Positions 61,916 to 64,000 of a DNA stretch of 64,000 nucleotides are shown in pieces. Numbering within the stretch: position 1 is the first letter of the stretch; every line of letters begins with the position of its first letter. The position numbers were made by a program, and so were the translations under genes. The DNA is taken from assembly GCA_001780275.1 (NCBI GenBank), contig MFGB01000007.1:2280-66279 (forward strand), in the 5' to 3' direction. This DNA is from Candidatus Falkowbacteria bacterium RIFOXYA2_FULL_47_19 (lineage in GTDB: Bacteria > Patescibacteriota > Patescibacteriia > Patescibacteriales > UBA12075). The notes below the pieces were generated by a model. It had not been told where the DNA came from. It did not search any database and worked only from the letters and a program-made list of their open reading frames with translations.

Positions 61916-64000
61916 CTAAACAGCCTGTGTTTTTCGCCTTAAATATAAACCCGCGACGCCGAGCGACACCATGATCGCGGAGAGCGCGATTAACTCGTCA
62001 AAGCCGAATCCGGTTTCCGGTAATGTCGAACGCACCTCTAGATTAGCCGCGGCTCTTACGGGTTCGTGGTTATCCGCCCGCGCCTCCGCCCGATTGACGT
62101 ATACGCCCGCGGCCGCGTTTCGGTCAACGTTTGCCGAAATTATGATTTCCCGGCTCGCTCCGGAAGTTAGATCGCCGAGCATGAACGTTTTAGAGCTCGT
62201 GCCGTTATCGACGAAAGTGAGGCCGGACGGCAGGGTGTCGGTCATGACCGCGTTGAAAGCCGTTAAGTTGCCGGTATTCCTGACCGTAACCGTGAATTTT
62301 ATGTTGTCGCCGGGTCTGGCGAAAACGCGGTCGATCTTCTTGGTTATGGAAAGTACCGGTTCGCCCTCTTCTCCCCTGACGCAAACTTCATCCGATAAAG
62401 TATTTAAGGCGATTTCCGTCCCGAAAATTATATTCGAATTATTGACGGCTATCGGACGGACATAATAGGTTTTCCCGATATCCAGACCGATGATCGATTC
62501 CTCGTGGCCGGTAACTTCTTCGTTGTCTTCCACAGTCGAAAAAGCGTAACCGAAATTTGGAGCCGTGCTCGTGCCGATATCCGCGTGGGAAACGGTATCG
62601 TAAACAAGGCGTGAAGAGGCCGGTTTGGACGTTAACCAGGAAAATATCAGAAAATCGCAACCGGAATTTACATTCTGAAAATTCTTTATTTCGAATTGAG
62701 GTATGCTGCCGCCGCCTCCGCCGCCGCCGTTACTACCGCCTCCGCCGTTACTACCGCCGCCGCCGTTACTACCGCCGCCGCCATTGCCATTATCGGCGGG
62801 CTGTTTATAATTTACGAAATCAACGGTTTTGTCCTCGATTTTATGTTCTTCTTTGTCCGCTTGTAGGCTTACGGTCGCCATGCCGTTAGCAGGATCAACA
62901 TAGCTCCAGCCGGAAGGAAGGGTCTCGGTAATAGTGTAATCACCCTCCGGAAGTCCGCCGAAAACAGTACAGCCGTTTACCGTTCCCTGGGTGGTCGTGG
63001 CTACGTTACCGCCCGCCAACGTAAACTGCCAGACGGACGTGGTGGTAGCGCGATCGCCGGTCGTCGAAGCCGAGCCGTCCGCGTCTTCGTATTTGCATAC
63101 CTTGATCGACCCCTCCGGTTCCCGGAAGTTTACGAACTTTACGGTTTTATCCTCGCATTCTTCAAGGTTCACGGTGGTCGTGCCATCGGCCGGATCGACG
63201 AAACTCCAGCCGAAAAGAAGGGTTTCGGTAATTGTATAATCTCCGGCCGGAAGCTCATCGAAAACGGCGCAACCGTCCACGGTCGATCTTGCGGTCGTAG
63301 CCATGCCGTCATCGATAGTATATTGCCAGATACTGTCGGATAATATCCGGTCGTCAGTGGTCGAGGCCAGACCGTCTTTGTCTTCATATTTGCAGACTTT
63401 GATCGAGCCGGTGTTATCGCCTCCGCCTCCGCCGCCTCCGCCGCCTCCGCCATTACCCTCTTCTTTGAAATTTACGAAATTAACGGTTTTGTTTTCTCCT
63501 TTGGAGAGCTTCGCGGCCATGATTCCGCCAGCGGGATCGACGAAACTCCAGCCGGAAAGAAGGGTTTCGGTAATAGTATAATCCCCGGCCGGAAGCTCAT
63601 CGAAAACGGCGCAGCCGTCCACGGTCGATCTTACGGTCGTAGCCGTATCGCCGTTAAGGGTATATTCCCAGACGCTATCGGTTAGCGTCCGGTCGTCCGT
63701 AGTCGAAGCCGAGCCGTCCGCATCTTCGTATTTGCAGACTTTGATCGAACCTTTGAGTGCGGGAGGAACGGGTTCTTCCTTGTGATTTACGAAAGCGATG
63801 AACTTGTTTTCCGCGTTGCCGAGATTAGCTGTCAGTATGCCATTATCGGGAACCAGAAAAGACCACCCGGAGGGCAGGGTTTCCGTAACGGTATAACTAC
63901 CCGCTTCCAGACCGATAAAGGCGGTGCAGCCGTTTTCGGTCGTCTGTATTTTATCCGCGCCTCCGGAAAGGGTATATTCCCAGACCGTATCGGAAAGTAC
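61916..64000 (-). CDS. LPXTG-anchored surface protein with tandem Cna-B/SpaA-like domains (5' end beyond the window)
   Basis: C-terminal LPETG, hydrophobic helix and RRK tail. At least 5 repeats of GSIKVCKYED.DG...TVDGCAVFDELPAGDYTITETL..GWSFV. A DUF11-like domain. The track's M at 63622 is an in-frame GTG, and the frame stays open to position 64000. Confidence 0.85.
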   Translation of the reverse strand, partial: VLSDTVWEYTLSGGADKIQTTENGCTAFIGLEAGSYTVTETLPSGWSFLVPDNGILTANLGNAENKFIAFVNHKEEPVPPALKGSIKVCKYEDADGSASTTDDRTLTDSVWEYTLNGDTATTVRSTVDGCAVFDELPAGDYTITETLLSGWSFVDPAGGIMAAKLSKGENKTVNFVNFKEEGNGGGGGGGGGGGDNTGSIKVCKYEDKDGLASTTDDRILSDSIWQYTIDDGMATTARSTVDGCAVFDELPAGDYTITETLLFGWSFVDPADGTTTVNLEECEDKTVKFVNFREPEGSIKVCKYEDADGSASTTGDRATTTSVWQFTLAGGNVATTTQGTVNGCTVFGGLPEGDYTITETLPSGWSYVDPANGMATVSLQADKEEHKIEDKTVDFVNYKQPADNGNGGGGSNGGGGSNGGGGSNGGGGGGGSIPQFEIKNFQNVNSGCDFLIFSWLTSKPASSRLVYDTVSHADIGTSTAPNFGYAFSTVEDNEEVTGHEESIIGLDIGKTYYVRPIAVNNSNIIFGTEIALNTLSDEVCVRGEEGEPVLSITKKIDRVFARPGDNIKFTVTVRNTGNLTAFNAVMTDTLPSGLTFVDNGTSSKTFMLGDLTSGASREIIISANVDRNAAAGVYVNRAEARADNHEPVRAAANLEVRSTLPETGFGFDELIALSAIMVSLGVAGLYLRRKTQAV
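62711..62782. repeat. 18-nt tandem repeat encoding the (GGGGSN)n linker
   Basis: GTTACTACC recurs at 62729, 62747 and 62765. The protein reads GGGGSNGGGGSNGGGGSNGGGGGGGS. Confidence 0.9.

Overview
The window is a gene-dense fragment (about 65 CDS, 2 tRNAs, short AT-rich spacers) that looks like a small-genome, fermentative, monoderm bacterium. I infer a Patescibacteria/CPR-like origin from gene content only; no search was run. Standard code 11 fits: all conserved genes read through, and TGA acts as a stop.

Content from left to right:
- MacB-type ABC permease, ATPase and long HlyD adaptor, plus an orphan receiver
- T4SS-pilin-like gene and lexA, followed by three unknown genes
- rpmE, prfA, prmC, a DUF3048 protein, rplY, a RodA/FtsW protein
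- Exopolysaccharide locus: SDR decarboxylase, QxxRW GT2 synthase, CE4 deacetylase, GHL10-like protein, second GT2
- gyrB, a DHH phosphoesterase, a beta-CASP MBL nuclease, radC
- Heterodimeric ABC exporter
- tRNA-Pro, holin-like protein, mscL, tRNA-Ala
- Cyclophilin, cca, a PAS histidine kinase
- Ferredoxin and a [FeFe]-hydrogenase/NuoF-like operon interleaved with membrane proteins, then gap
- Serine protease, ricT-like gene, tsf, rpsB
- A four-gene plus-strand island of unknown small (mostly membrane) proteins
- mnmA, a CAP-domain protein, a NUDIX hydrolase
- A sortase-linked run of four large or secreted surface proteins that reaches the window edge

No CRISPR array, transposase, integrase, rRNA or recognisable defence system is visible.

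The most unusual signals:
1. The sortase-linked surface locus, whose proteins share a repeat module I could not place in a named family.
2. At least three families of dispersed GC-rich palindromes, plus heptanucleotide-periodic patches. These occur in spacers and also in frame inside genes, most strikingly in mnmA, which additionally carries three diverged copies of its own 5' end.
3. A perfect 8x heptamer array upstream of gap.
4. A 15-bp-closed structured region between the MBL nuclease gene and radC.
5. prmC without a canonical start codon.

All family assignments come from motif recognition by eye and need HMM/BLAST confirmation.
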